The notes: a model not told the origin generated them from the letters alone. A stretch of 64,000 bases of DNA from Utricularia gibba (GCA_002189035.1 NEEC01000007.1:1798001-1862000); one strand, 5' to 3'; shown: positions 37,255 to 56,295, counted from the stretch's first letter. Made by a program: numbers and translations.

Positions 37255-37950
37255 CGCTGAGCAGGCTTCTTGGTCCAGCTGCTCCACCACGGATCCAGGA
37301 CTCCCGAGTTTCTCAATTCAAATAAGACAGCTTAGGAAGAAGGTGGAGTGACCAACAAGCAAGACGTGGGCCGAACCGACCCCCTACATGGGCCGGACCT
37401 CCGGTTCACCATATCCAGCGCCGACTACCGGCGGATATCTCGATTCTGATCAAATTCCCGTAGAATCTGAATACCAAGGCGGCATGCCGGAGATTCGAGT
37501 TTTGCGAGTTACCGATGGAGTCCTACATGATCCTCCAGCCGGAACGCCATCAAAAGGAATCCGGGGGATTCGCAAATCATGAAACAAAATCAGAAAACCC
37601 ATCTAACAGACAGACAGAAAAGGCAAAAACCCAACGAATTCACTACATTTTGTTTTCCAAGAATCCAATTTCATGGAATGAACAGAATACGTATCTAAAA
37701 GCCGACACTCATCAGTTATCCAAAGCACACAAGAAGCATGATGCACATTTATAGTCCACCGCCCTTGAAAGTGCTGCTGCAAAAGAATCGTCAACCTGGT
37801 GGGACGTGGGAGGGGGACACGGATGCGTAATGTAAAACAAGAACCGAACTAGACAGGTAAAAGAGTAACGGATAACTGCTAAACAATTTAGAATGCGTCC
37901 TACTTTTTACCGCAACTGCTACCAGTGCCATTCCCAGGATGGCGTGCTGT

Positions 37951-43322
<5,372 letters not shown>

Positions 43323-44691
43323 CACATCAATCCAAATTTCACTCAAACTCCATAACAAACGGTATACCTCACATGACCTTGCGATATTCCAAAACTTCCA
43401 GTCATCAAGATTCACACCCCCAAGAACCAAGAGCAGTCCTGGAAGCACCAAAAGACAACTATTACTAAAAAACCAGAACAGGAAAACGCCAAACCAGTGG
43501 GCGCAGTATGCAATGTATGACTTACCCTGCTACAAGGAATTAACAGCTCCCACTGATAAGAAGCAAGGGAGTGTGAATTCCAGCCGGCGATGAACCGATA
43601 ACAAGGGCTTTCGATTTGGGGATTAGACCATATCGAGAAATGCGAACTCCCCAGTACCTTCCTGAATCAGCAGAGCCTCAGCACTTCGGATTTAGATTGC
43701 TCGGTGGTGATGGGCGGCCCTTCCGGATTTGGGCTATCCCACAGAAAGATCCGCCAACAGAAAAACAACCAACTAATCTTATAAACCCAAAAAAAATAAA
43801 AAATTGGATCTAAAAAATTGTTTGATACTCAATATAATTAAAAATAATATTATTAAAATAAAAATATTATTTTAATTTCAAAATGTATTTTGTATGTAAA
43901 AATTATATTATATTGATTAATATAAGGATTATCTTATCACATATATTTAAAAATCGTTGTACAATAATTCCTCTTCACTATAAACATATTTTTCAACTTT
44001 AATAATCTTATTTATGAATTACACATTTTTATATATTATATAAAATCTCATATATTATGAGAATATTATTATATTTATTGAAATTTTTTTTTGAAAAAGA
44101 TTTTAAATATTTACTGAATAATGTGATATTTATTGTAACTCTCCAAACATATATTATAATTAAAATAATATAAAATAAATTCAATAATAATTTAAAAAGT
44201 GTTACTATATAAAACAAAAGTATACCACCACTTTTGAATAAAATCATATTACATCTTATCTTTATAAGCCACATTTTTTATTTGTGCTAAAAATTTGTAT
44301 TTTATAAATTTATAATTCAATAATTATTTTTTTATTTTAAAAAATAATAAAATGATTTTTAGTGAAAAAAATTCGAACTCTTAATTTTCTTGTTATACAA
44401 GAATACAATCAAATAATTCAATACGTATAATATTAAATATTTATTGTGTCACGTATTTAATACGTGTTCCTAAATTATTTTCGTAATACCATCCTTATCT
44501 TTTTATGAGATGTATTACAAATTTGGACATGATAAAGTGTGAAAAAAATTGGTTACCGTCAATTAAAAATTTTTGCGTAAATGAAAATGAGAGATTTGTC
44601 AATTTTATGAGATGGAAAACCGTCAATAAATAGTAGGACACAGTGCTGCTTGAATTCTGGACAACTACAGCTTCCTCTTCTGCTCTTCACG

Positions 44692-46107
44692 ATGAAGCCT
44701 GACGCCTTTCTGCTTCTGCTGGCCACTGCGATTCTCTGTGTTGTCGCCGGGGAGGTGTCCGGCGCGGCGATGACTCTGCAAAACAAATGCAGCTACACGG
44801 TTTGGCCGGGAATCCAGCCCGGCGGTGGGAGCGAGATTTTGGCGAACGGGGGATTTGAGTTGGCGAGTAACGAGGGGCGCACTATTGAGCTGCCCGCTGG
44901 GTGGTCAGGGCGTGTATGGGGCCGGAATGGGTGCTCTTTCGACGCCAGTGGGCGTGGGAGTTGCGCCACCGGCGATTGTGGTGGAGCGCTGCTCTGCAAT
45001 GGGTTTGGCGGGACTCCTCCGGCCAGCCTTGCCGAGATTACGCTTGGGAGGGAGAAGGACTTCTACGACGTGAGCCTCGTTGATGGATACAATATAGGCA
45101 TTTCCATGACGCCGATTGGTGGATCAGGTACAATATTTACCATCCTTTTCTTTGCATGCAATTTGATACCTCCATGTTTTGCATCAACAAGTAATCAAGC
45201 ATGTGGCCCTTACAATATTTTAAAACTGTTGGGTCAATATATTTTTTATATATTTGATTTTATATATATTTGCTATGATATTAGATAATAGATATGAAAT
45301 TTCATATTGTTAGTTGAAATGAATTTCAACTAATTTATATAATATGATACATTTTGAATTTTGATGAATTTAAGAATGAATTGAATATCGTATACGTATA
45401 GAATTTATTAGATTGGATTGATTTTTCGAAAACCTTTCAAAACTCAAAAAGCTACATGTATAATGATTTCTATGATCGAGATCATGTTCTCAAGTGCTCT
45501 CTTCAATGTTAGAGTATCGAAAAATCATTTAGAATATTATGTATACTTGAGTTTTAATCGTTTTTTTCATTTTTATATTCAATTTTCAACAATTGCATCA
45601 CTATGAATCCATGTGAAAACATAGATGTGGACAATGCACAAAGTTTTTCATTCTCATTTCTACTGAAAACTAAACAAAACAGCCAGAGGGAGATTCGAGT
45701 ACGTAGTGATCAAACCATTTGTGGCTATCATGTTTAAGAAAGAGCACAGATGAAAATGAAATGCGTGCACAGTCGGGGCGTGCTGATGAGAACAAACTGT
45801 TGTTGTTTCAGGGGACTGCGCCTACGCTGGATGCGTGTCGGATCTGAATGCCATCTGCCCGGCGGCGCTTCAGGTCCGATCGACCGACGGGCAACAGGTG
45901 GTGGCCTGCAAGAGCGCATGCCTCGCCTTCAACACTCCCGAGTACTGCTGCACAGGCAGCTATGGCAGCCCCGATACGTGCAAACCGACTGAATATTCAA
46001 GGATCTTCAAGGTCGCTTGTCCCAGAGCTTACTCTTACGCCTACGACGATCCCTCCAGTCTCGTCACTTGCACCGGCGCTAGCTATTCCATCACTTTCTG
46101 CCCCTAA
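44692..46107 (+). CDS. Thaumatin-like protein (PR-5 family); exons 44692-45127, 45812-46107
   Basis: Signal peptide, family signature [44 protein letters not shown]. Confidence 0.95.
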
Positions 46108-47863
46108 TATGTAGCCGAGGAGATACTAAATACATGTAAGGGTTTTATAATATCTATTTCTTACAGCATTGTCGGATTATAAATTATGGGTTGACTGGTT
46201 GCAAATATATATTATTAAATTTAATATTTATATATTTCTAAAAATTTTAATTTTTTTTATCAAAAATATTGAATCGAGTCTAAAAATTATCATGGATTCG
46301 AATTCAATCAAAAGTTTAAACCCAATTTTAAAACATAATTAAATTGGACGATGGATATATCTATCGAGAGTATTATAGGATTTTTGATATTATAATATAT
46401 AAATTTATAGTTATATTTAAATATATATCATTTTTTGATTAATTAGTATATATGCATGATAATTTTGTATGATTATATTATTCATATACTCATTTTTTGA
46501 ACGTGTAGATGATATATATACAAATGGCAAAGATGTAATAATTATATTTATATTATTCATATACTTAAATTTCTATTCTTACTTATCAAATATTATATAC
46601 AATTAAATTATATATATATTTATTTAGTTATATTATATTTAGACATATTAATACATTAATATCAAATCAAAGTTATTGGATCGAATGAGACTCGTTAAAC
46701 AAGGCATAAGTACAGAATCTTAAATTCTACTGCCCACGGAAATGGAAAAAAAAAGAAAGTCAAATGAAGAAACAGGCATAGGGTGGAGGGAGACCTACAA
46801 AAACCGCTGATAAGCGAAGGTGGTTCAAGGACAGGGAGCTGCAGCTCATCCCTTCCACCTCTACCCACAGAAAGCAAGCAAAACAGTTTACTGGGTGCTG
46901 GTTCATAATTTCCAATGGGCGCCATAGGCAGTAGATCTAGTAGCCAGAGATTTATCACCCACAGAGAAATTGGTTCACGTGAAAACAAAAAAAGATCAGA
47001 GAGAATATCTTAAGGTGTTGTTGTCAACATTCCGTGAAGAAAGGGGAAGCCTTTGGAGTTCACTGCGTTTAAGTGCCATTGCCATTCAACGGTTACATCC
47101 CTATAAAATGGGAAACATCGTTTCTTCCAGCAATACGCTTCAGCCGTATCCGTATCTTGAGTTGCAGTAAAAGAACCGTGTTGTAAAATCGTAGTAAAAG
47201 GATTTCTTCCTCTTTCCCCGAGAGTAACTCTCTGTTTTTTTTTTTTGGCCCTCTTTTACTCATTACTGTGAAATGGAAGTGTGTGTTGTGAAACGTTGCT
47301 GAGTTTGTCTCCAGAGGCGGTGACAACACCAAGGTGGGTAACTTATTCATCTTCGACTGCTTTGGTTTTACAAAGTTTACTATTTTACTTCAGAAATTTA
47401 CGCGGGTCTGGGAAAGACTTTCACTTTCTGTCATCAGTACTCTGTGGTCGGGCATGCAGAAATCAAGAACCTGTTTTTCAACCTTTTATGTTACTATTAT
47501 CGTTCAAGAACTGATTGCAACTATCACTTTTTGTTGAGAGGAGGGTGTGATGGTGTAAAAACTATATCTTGATGATCTGAATCATATTTCTTCTTTCAGT
47601 ATCGTTGAGATTTAAAATTTCAAATGAAAGAGGTTATAGTTTGAATGTGTCGTATATGCATCGCTTCTATGCTAAGAGTTTTGTAATAACTGCAGCTTCG
47701 CGACGCACTCCAACCGTGCAGATTCGAATTTCTTCTGCTGGAGGAAAATTCGTAGGACCCGGCTAATTTTGCATGTAGCTTGAAATTTTGTTTTATTTGA
47801 TCCCGCAGTGGTGGATGGGAAGATCAAACTAGTGAAGCTTTATAGAGTTGAAGGACTGCGAAA

Positions 47864-49953
47864 ATGTGTTTAAGAGCAATGTGGAAGGTTTTGCTTTTGC
47901 TCTTTGTAAGTTCTTTTGGTAATCTAGTGATTGCTAGGCATGAGGAAGAACCTGTAAGCAGATTGATAGCTGCCCCAAATTGGAAACCATGGGGCACTGT
48001 GATAGATGGGTCTGGCAAGGAGTACACCTTAGATACAAGCGGTGTCGATATGGGTCGAGATATAGGTGGAACTAACAGAGTGCCAGTGCTAACAGTTGCA
48101 TTTTGCACTTTGGCAATGGCTGCTGCCACTGGTTTTGGGGCTGTGCCTTTCTTCTTTGTGGAGCTTGATCCTCAGTGGGCTGGAATATGCAATGGGATTG
48201 CTGCTGGTGTGATGCTTGCTGCTAGCTTTGATCTCATAAGGGAGGGGCAAGATCATGGGAGTGGGAGTTGGGTGGTTTCGGGTATTCTGGCTGGGAGCAT
48301 TTTCATAATGTTTTGCAAGAAGGTGTGTTCCCAATTACACATTTCATCTACATTGTTTTCAAACGTAGTCATCTTTGTCATCTGTTATGTTGCTTCGCTT
48401 TACAGTTTCTTGAGAAATATGGTGAAGTCAGTATGTTGGACATAAAGGGAGCAGAAGCAGCTAAAGCAATTCTTGTTGTGGGAATTATGACACTGCATTC
48501 TGTTGGAGAGGGCTCCGGTGTTGGAGTTTCGTTTGCTGGCTCTAAGGGCCTGTCACAAGGGATCCTGATTGCTTTGGCCATCGCCGTACATAACATCCCG
48601 GAAGGATTAGCTGTTAGTATGGTCTTATCATCAAGAGGGGTATCTCCGAAGAATGCAATGTTATGGAGTGTGATCACATCACTGCCGCAGGTTTGAAGTT
48701 ATGAACTTTCACTAAATTTCCTCGCTTCCTTGTTAATGATCAGAAGCTGAACTTCTCTTTGTATTTGCAGCCCATTGTTGCTGTGCCATCATTCATATGC
48801 GCAGAGGCATTCAGCAAGCTCTTGCCATTTGCAACTGGCTTCGCTGCAGGATGCATGATCTGGATGGTGATGTCCGAAGTCCTCCCTGATGGTTTCAAGG
48901 TAATTCGAAGGCCTCACTTTCTATACTCAATTGTCTTCACGAAGCTTATGTGTTGAAACTCTGTTGTCCTCTGCTCATTGCAGGAAGCTTCCCCATCTCA
49001 TGTTGCGTCAGCAGCTACACTTTCTGTGGCATTCATGGAGGCTCTTAGTACTGCGTTTGAGCATTTTGGTCACAGTTACAAGTGAGACACCTCCTTCACT
49101 ATGCTTATTCGATCTCTCCGGTTTTTACTAAACTGAGTCGACTTTTCAGTCTTGAGGATGCTTCGGGTTTCGCTGTCTCTCTTCTGTTCGGACTAGGCCC
49201 CTTGCTTGGTGGTCTGGCCCTTGCGGCATTCGCGCTGTCGTTTAAAACTCATCCCTCCCTGCTCACGGGTGTGGCCTCCGGCATTGCTGCTGTACTCAGT
49301 TTATGGAGACCTCTCCAACTCTTTCTATCTTCCAAAATGGGCTTCTTCCCTGTTCTCCTTATCGGCATTGGATCAGCATCAGCTCACGCAGCCTTATCCT
49401 GCGCTACCAAGTTCAGAAATGAGCAGAAAACTTCAGCAGACATCATAAAAGGTTCACCATTCAGCCCCATGACACTCATCCATGCCATCCTTTTATCTGC
49501 CGCCATCTCTTTCCACGCTCTTGCCGAGGGACTTGCACTAGGGGTGGCTGCTCCGAGAGCGTACGGTCTAGGGAGGCACATTATCCTCCCGTATCGCTTC
49601 ATGGGTTCCCTCGGGGTGCCACGGCAGCCAGCTGCGTGCTAGGCGCGACCAACAACTGGTACCTGTCGTCCTTATCGGCTGCGGTCGTCGGCGTCGCGGG
49701 TCCGCTGGGCGCCATTGGAGCAATCCTTGGTGGGATTGGCTACAGTGGACTGGATCATGTGATGATGCTGGCTTGTGGTGCGCTTGTGCCTTGCTTTGGG
49801 AGCATCATTCAGCGAGGTGTGAAGCTGGATAAAAGGAGAAGTATTGGTGGTTTTCTTGTTGGTGCTGCCTGCGCAGCCACGTGTTTAATGTGCACGAAGC
49901 TTGTCTGCTTGCATACGCCTTACTGTAATTCTGCTCCAGAAGCAGTGAGGTAG
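47864..49953 (+). CDS. Putative zinc transporter with two ZIP domains (At3g08650-like); apparent -1 frameshift near 49590
   Basis: TLAMAAATGFGAVPFFFVELDPQWAGICNG, HNIPEG, HALAEG, end LVCLHTPYCNSAPEAVR; last exon switches frame at atcctcccgtatcg. Confidence 0.9.
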
Positions 49954-50100
49954 GCAGATGATGAGGAAGATGAGTTGTACGAAACGAGAGCTTTATCTGA
50001 AAATATTATTAAAAAAATCATTATATTATATATTACAAAGAAACGATTTTGCGACCATTCGGAGAATTGCACTCACGCCGGAGTTTGCGACGGGCCGGCC

Positions 50101-51765
50101 ATGGCGGTGCAGTTGTTGTACGCGGCGGCGCCCAACAGTCAGTGTTCATGCTTAGCGTTAACCATCAAGTCATCGTCGATTGTTCCAAGCAATTCCGACC
50201 CAGAGCCCCTGGAGATTCGCAAATGTACGCGCAGGGACCTGTCAAGGTTTTTGAGAACGGATGCCGCCATTCGAGCCATAGAGAAAAAGTCGAATTCATC
50301 AAAGCACACCAACCTCTGGCCAAGGGCTGTCTTGGAATCTCTTCACGATGCCATTCAAGATAACCGCTGGGAGACTGCTCTTAAGGTTTTTTATTCTGTA
50401 CTTTCAGACTTCTTGAAATTTATTGGAAGATATAGCAACATAAAAGGGAGCAAAAGTCATCCTGTGTCTTTATAATGTGCTATCCAGAGTATAGAGATGA
50501 TATAATAGTGTGGTTTAAGTTTCTATTATTTTTATCAGAAGTGAAAAGTTGGAGAGGATTGTGGGTCATTTTTATGTATTGGATTTAGATTCTAGGAAGA
50601 TGAAGCAAATGGAATATTACTGATTGGTCTGTTGCTCTTTCGGTCACTTTCTTTTCACGTTTGTTTGTAGATATTTGGTCTTCTAAGGAGGCAACAATGG
50701 TATAAGCCTAGATGCCAAACTTATACAAAGCTACTGATGATGCTTGGCAAATGTCGGCAGCCAAATCAGGCTAGCTTGCTGTTTGAAACCATGCGTTTTG
50801 ATGGGCTTCAACCAACAGTCGACGCCTACACTGCACTTGTGAGTGCCTATTCTTCCAGTGGCCTCTTGCATAAGGCAATACAAATTATTGCTGAGATGAA
50901 GTCAACACATGATTGCAAGCCTGATACTTTCACTTTCACAATCCTTATCAGGTCATGCCTTAAATTCAAGTGCTTTGATGTGATTGGACTAATTTTAAAG
51001 GAGATGTCAGATTTGGGAATTGAGTGTAGTAACGTAACCTACAATATTTTGATTGAAGGATATGGAAAAGCCAGGCGATTTGAAATGATGGAGGACTCAT
51101 TAATCAACATGATTCAAAGTGGAAATTGTTATCCAGATATTTTTACTTTCAACTCCACAGTAGGGGCTTATGGCAGATGTGGGAGGATTGCAGAAATGGA
51201 AAAATGGTTTGAGGAGTTTCAGTTGATGGGATTGAATCCTGATGTCATGACGTATAATATTCTTATTAAAGCGTATGGGAGCTGTGGGATGCACAATAAA
51301 ATGATGTCTGTATTTGATTTTATGAAAAAGCGCTTTATTTCACCATCTTTAGTTACCTATAATTGTATTATTGACGCATTTGGGAAGGCTGGTGACATCA
51401 AGAAGATGGATGATATGTTTCTGGAAATGAAGGATAGAAGTCTGAAGCCTAATTCAATTACATATACATCTCTTATCGGTGCATACAGCAAAGCAGGCCT
51501 GTTGGAAAAGATCAGTTCAGTTTTGAGGCAAGTGGATAATTCTAATGTAGTTCTTGATACGCCTTTCTTCAACTGTGTGATAAATGCTTATGGCAATGCT
51601 GGTCAGTTGGAAAGGATGATGGAGTTATTCACTGCATTGAAGGGAAGTGGATGCAAACCAGATGAGGCAACTTATGCTGCAATAGCTCAAGCTTATCGTG
51701 CTCATGGAATGACTGAATCTGCTCAGGATTTTGAGCATTATTTGATCCATCCGAAGAACACTTGA
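50101..51765 (+). CDS. P-class PPR protein, At3g53170-like; 2 exons (intron about 50386-50670)
   Basis: LSRFLRTDAAIRAIEKK...LWPRAVLESL...RWETALK|IFGLLRRQQWY followed by tandem 35-aa PPR motifs (VTYNILIEGYGKA, DTPFFNCVINAYG). Confidence 0.93.
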
Positions 51766-52196
51766 ACTCTGCTTACTGCTGTACAAGCTATCAATTTCCA
51801 CCATTGGTTCTCGATTTCACTGCTCCCAGATTGTTGCTCTTGGTGTTTTGTACTGTTCTTACAAGGCAAGAATGAGGAAATTCTTGAATGAGTATGGTAG
51901 TTCAGTTCTAGTTGGTACAGGAAGAAGCATGTTATTCTAGATTACTTTGTTAATTATCTGCCTTGTGGATATGCGAAAATTGAAGGTGAAGCTTCACTCA
52001 GAAGAATACCTTGTAAAACTACGAAACAGTACAGTATCCAATTATGGGAAAATTGAAAGCAGATTTCGTTGATCCCTGTGCTTTCTTTTTTAAAATGCAA
52101 GGGAATGTGAAAAGTTCGTCAGACCAGATAATAGTGGATGCTGAGATCATTGGAACTCAATTACAGCTTTAAGGGAAAGGAACTCAAGATCTATCA

Positions 52197-53551
52197 TTAC
52201 AAATTAATCAGCTTCTTCTCCAGGAGGTTATCAATGGTGTCCTTAACACTCGTCTCAAGACAAGTGAATTCAACCCCCAACGACTTTGCTTTCTCATTCG
52301 ACACTTGGAAAAGAGGTGCCTCTAGTTGACCTGGAACCAAACTGCACAAGGAGAGCAAAGCTGAAGAAGATTCTGTGGAATATTTGGAGTGATAACATAA
52401 GAACAAGTATCATCATCTATGCTATTTACCACCTTGGTTGATGGTTGAGGAGAGTAGGGTAGTGCTGGTAAATGACCCTCAAAATATCAAACACAGTGAC
52501 TACTTTTTGCACAAGACAGTAGCGACCCTCAGCTGAAAGTTCCTCCAATGCCAAGATATGTGCTTGTGCAACGTCTCTGACATCGACGAAAGTAACATGT
52601 CCTAAAGGCATTCCATATGGAGCCACCTTTCCTGCAAGGTAAGAGAAGTAAGATCTAGTAAAGAAGCTTGATGTATGCAAACACCATACTTTGTGTGAGT
52701 AAGGAGAGGATAATGCCAGACGAAAAATTGATGCTTGGTTGAAGGGGAGGACCGATAGTTAATCCTGGATTCATGACAACCAAGTCTAAAGCACTTCCCT
52801 GCACAAACTGCGTGGCTGCTTCTTCTGCCAATGTTTTGGACAATGTGTACCATTGCTATCATGGAAGGAAGATTGACTCAGGTTTGAGCAAGATGAGAGT
52901 AAAAGAACAATGTATATACCTCGGTTTCTCTGCAGTATTCAGCGTCAGAGAACCAGGATTCATCGACTATGGCTCCCTGGGAAAAGACTTTTTTGCTAGC
53001 CATAACAGAAGACATAGAAGATGTCAAGACAACTCTCTTAATCGATGGCACCTTGGCACAAGAATGGAGAACATTGAGCGTTCCCTCAACAGCCGGGTCA
53101 ATGATTTCCTTCTGTTACATTGAAGTGCAGTGCAAGAGCACAAGATTCTGTGAATAAATGCAACTGGAAGAACAACCAAAACAGTGATATGGGGATGACA
53201 GGACCTGTGGATCAGTAATGTTCTCGAATTCAACTGGAGAGGCTGTGTGGAAAACACCATGACACCCCTCGACAGCAGCATCAAAAGATCCCTGTTCAAG
53301 CAAGTCTGCTTGGAACAAAAGCAGTCTCTCCTTAGCACCTTCCAGTGCTTTCAAGTGATCAACCTTGCCTGAATCCCCTGATGATGCAGCAAAATTATCA
53401 CAGATGCATCCTCGGATGCCAAAATGTGAGATGATTACTTACTGATATTCCGGACCGTCGCATTTACAGTATAACCCCGTTGAAGGAGAAGCTTGACAAG
53501 CCACGATGCTATGAAGCCGGAGGCTCCCGTCACACAGACCACTGTACTCAT
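52197..53551 (-). CDS. Cinnamoyl-CoA reductase / phenylacetaldehyde reductase-like NAD(P)-dependent SDR
   Basis: [19 protein letters not shown] Rossmann motif, GVFHTASP, catalytic [14 protein letters not shown]. Confidence 0.93.
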
Positions 53552-54138
53552 TTCTTCTGTCCAGCAAGAGCAAGAAACCAGCAGCTGCACAGAACCAGAG
53601 TAACTCTGGAACCTCTACTATGGCATTTCATTATAAATAGGCATTTCATTCGCTCACAACACACAGGTGAAAAGCAAAACCAGGATGTGGTGACATTCTG
53701 CTACGTTACCTTGGTAATAAATCTGTGGTAGCCCTGTTCTCAGTAGACAAAGGAGAAACAAACACCTGACATTTAGTTACAGGACACAGGTACTTGTCCA
53801 TTTTAGTACATCTAATTTTTCATTAATTGTAGACATTATTTCTTGATCATTGTCTGATATCACTAATTTATCAATATTTTGAAGATTATTTATTCAGTAT
53901 ATAACTTTCCGTTAAAATAAGTATACAATTCTTCCATTTATTACAAGCACCATATACTAACATTCTTCCTCCTAGAAATGTTTGGGGTAAAAAGGGAATG
54001 AATAACAAGTGTATGGGCTTTTCAGCAATTATGAAGAAGTTGAGGCCTTTTGATGCAAGTACCGACGAGCTTCATTTACTCAACCTACTGAAGTCAGTTT
54101 GTTTGGGTAACCAACTCCTTTCACTTCAAGGCTCCGCA

Positions 54139-55194
54139 ATGGCGAATGCAGGTGTCGGTTTTGGCTTTCTTGCCTGCATTCTCGTGGCTTCGCTCTCATC
54201 TGCCTCCGCTGCGCTGAATCGTAAGTTTTCTACGTGTAGTCTCGAATTGAATTCCCTGGTTTTAAAAAGAATGCAAAATTCGGATTGAAGATGATGACGA
54301 TGTCGTTTGTGAATCAAGAACTGAGTGTGTCGATGGATCTATCGTCTGATTTTCAAAATGTGTAATGTTATTAACGTGGTTTGATTCAAGCTGGAGATAT
54401 TTGGGAGAATTTGTGTTGATATCCTGTCGGTAGCTTCCAACTCCCGTTAGCCTGATAGTTCTCAACGCTAAAAGCCATAAAGTGATTGAGAAATTGCAGT
54501 AACTGTTTGAAGATTGTTAGCTAAATATGCCTTGCTGAGACTAAAGTAACGATTTTTTTTTTTTTTTTGTGGTTGGAACCCAGAAAAGGTAACAGATAAC
54601 CCTGCTGATCAGCTGGTGGCTGTGATCAATGCTAACAGAACTGCAAGCCACTCATCATCCTTGTACAGCAACCCGGGTCTGGGATGCCTAGCTCTACAGT
54701 ACATAAAGGCATATGAGGGTGACTGTAAGGCTGTTGGTGGACCAAATGCAATGAAACCTGCCGACTCCGAGTTTCCCAGATCATTTGCACCAAACTGTGG
54801 CGTTGAAGTCTCCACTCTGACACCGATCACAGGTCGCCTCCTGGCGTGCCAATCCAAATATGTCAGCCCTTCAGATGCCTTTTCTCAGATTCTGATGGAA
54901 AATGAGAGAAGCATTGCATTAGTTAATAGTAGGAACCATTCAGAGGTTGGTGCTGCTGTGACTGGCTCTGGCGGTGGAGGTCCCTATTTTTGGTGCGTAT
55001 TGTTCAGTAACGGAACATCAAATGCCAGCTTCGTTCTACAAGAAGGCGTTGAAAGGGTCGAACGGCCGGGGTGCTTCAGTGGCGCTGCGGATGCTTGTAG
55101 TGGTGCAGCCGCTGCATTCGCAAGAAGCATTCTTGATCTAATGTGGTTGGCTATTGCAGGATTTGTTGCATTTTCTTGTGGGGTGGGATTTTGA
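54139..55194 (+). CDS. Uncharacterised secreted, probably GPI-anchored Cys-containing protein; exons 54139-54220, 54596-55194
   Basis: N-terminal signal peptide, NPADQLVAVINANRT...GLGCLALQY, GPYFWCVLFS, small-residue omega region (CSGAAA) and hydrophobic C-terminus. Confidence 0.85.
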
Positions 55195-55394
55195 GATGAG
55201 CTGCTTGTCTCGATGATTCATTTGCTTGTAACTCAAACGTCACATCCGGTTTGGATGGACGTCCACTTGTCCTGGTTTCATGATTGTGTTTTCTTGACAT
55301 CATTTTTTTTTTTTGAACTAATTTGTAATAAAAAGACAAAATTTTCAGAAATCTGTTGAGACATCACGTTTCTCTCTCCTCTTTCCTGTGTTCA

Positions 55395-55412
55395 CTCTCT
55401 CTCTCTCTCTCT
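55395..55412. repeat. (CT)9 microsatellite just upstream of the GSK3 TATA box (55454)
   Basis: Direct reading of the sequence. Confidence 0.9.
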
Positions 55413-56295
55413 TTCTGCGCATTTTCCCTCGTCTAGTGTCCATTGGAGTCCCGTATAAAATAAAACCACACAGCACAATTATTCTTGTGTCCTTCACCGA
55501 TGAATGTTGCTGCGCGTTTCTGCCAGGCTCACGGCATCGTCATCGGTAATCCATTCCATTTCCTCTTCATGTACCTGAAGTTTTTGAATTTCCTCTGGTT
55601 TGCATGTTTTTTTTTTTCAAAATTCACTGTTTTGTGTTAACCCAATCACTCTAGAGAGCGACCCTTTCCTTTTTTTGAGAATTTAGATTCAGGACGGAAT
55701 GCCCGTTTACTGCTTTATTCTGTTGTTTCTTTTGCCGGATACTTGATGGTTATTTTGTTTGTCTGGGATGTGTTAATTTTCTTTTGATTGCCAACTGATT
55801 CTTCCCCCTTTTGTTTTCTTGAATTATTCTGGTTTCTTCCCTTGCTGCACATATTCGATAAGGGCATTTCCAATTATTTCTCCTGTGACTGCTGGGTCAG
55901 CAGCTAGCCTTTGAGATAAAGGGTGCAGTTCTGTGTGTAACCTTTTCTTTTGTAGTGTTAATCATTTTATGTCGGTATAATTGATAGTTGAGGCAGCTGC
56001 AAAAGAAACACTTCTGTACATTTTGTTACAGATTCGGGCATTTGAATTGATTTTTCAAGCTTTTGTCTGCAAGAAAACATATCATCATCATTGAAAGCAT
56101 GATTCATACGGTTCTTATTTCTGCAAAGAATTTCCCATAGTAATATGGTTGTAAAAAATGTTTATTGCTGGTGTTTCTTACTTAGTTCCCAGGAAATTTA
56201 ATGATCAATATTTACGTTTGTAATCTAACTCCATATCCATCTTCTCTTAGGTGAATGACCTGCCAAGGCCATATCGTTGTTTGTTGTTTTGCTAA

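Noticed and set aside
44450-44466. CACGTATT-T-AATACGTG hairpin as a Helitron 3' end
   Set aside because: No CTRR terminus at the expected distance on either strand and no matching 5' end; short palindromes are common in AT-rich DNA.
46831-46852. GGGAGCTGCAGCTCATCCC as a miRNA precursor or miR160-like site
   Set aside because: Stem far too short and no full match to a conserved miRNA.
47546-47580. C/D box snoRNA (GTGATGG...CTGA)
   Set aside because: Imperfect C box, only about 35 nt long, no terminal stem.
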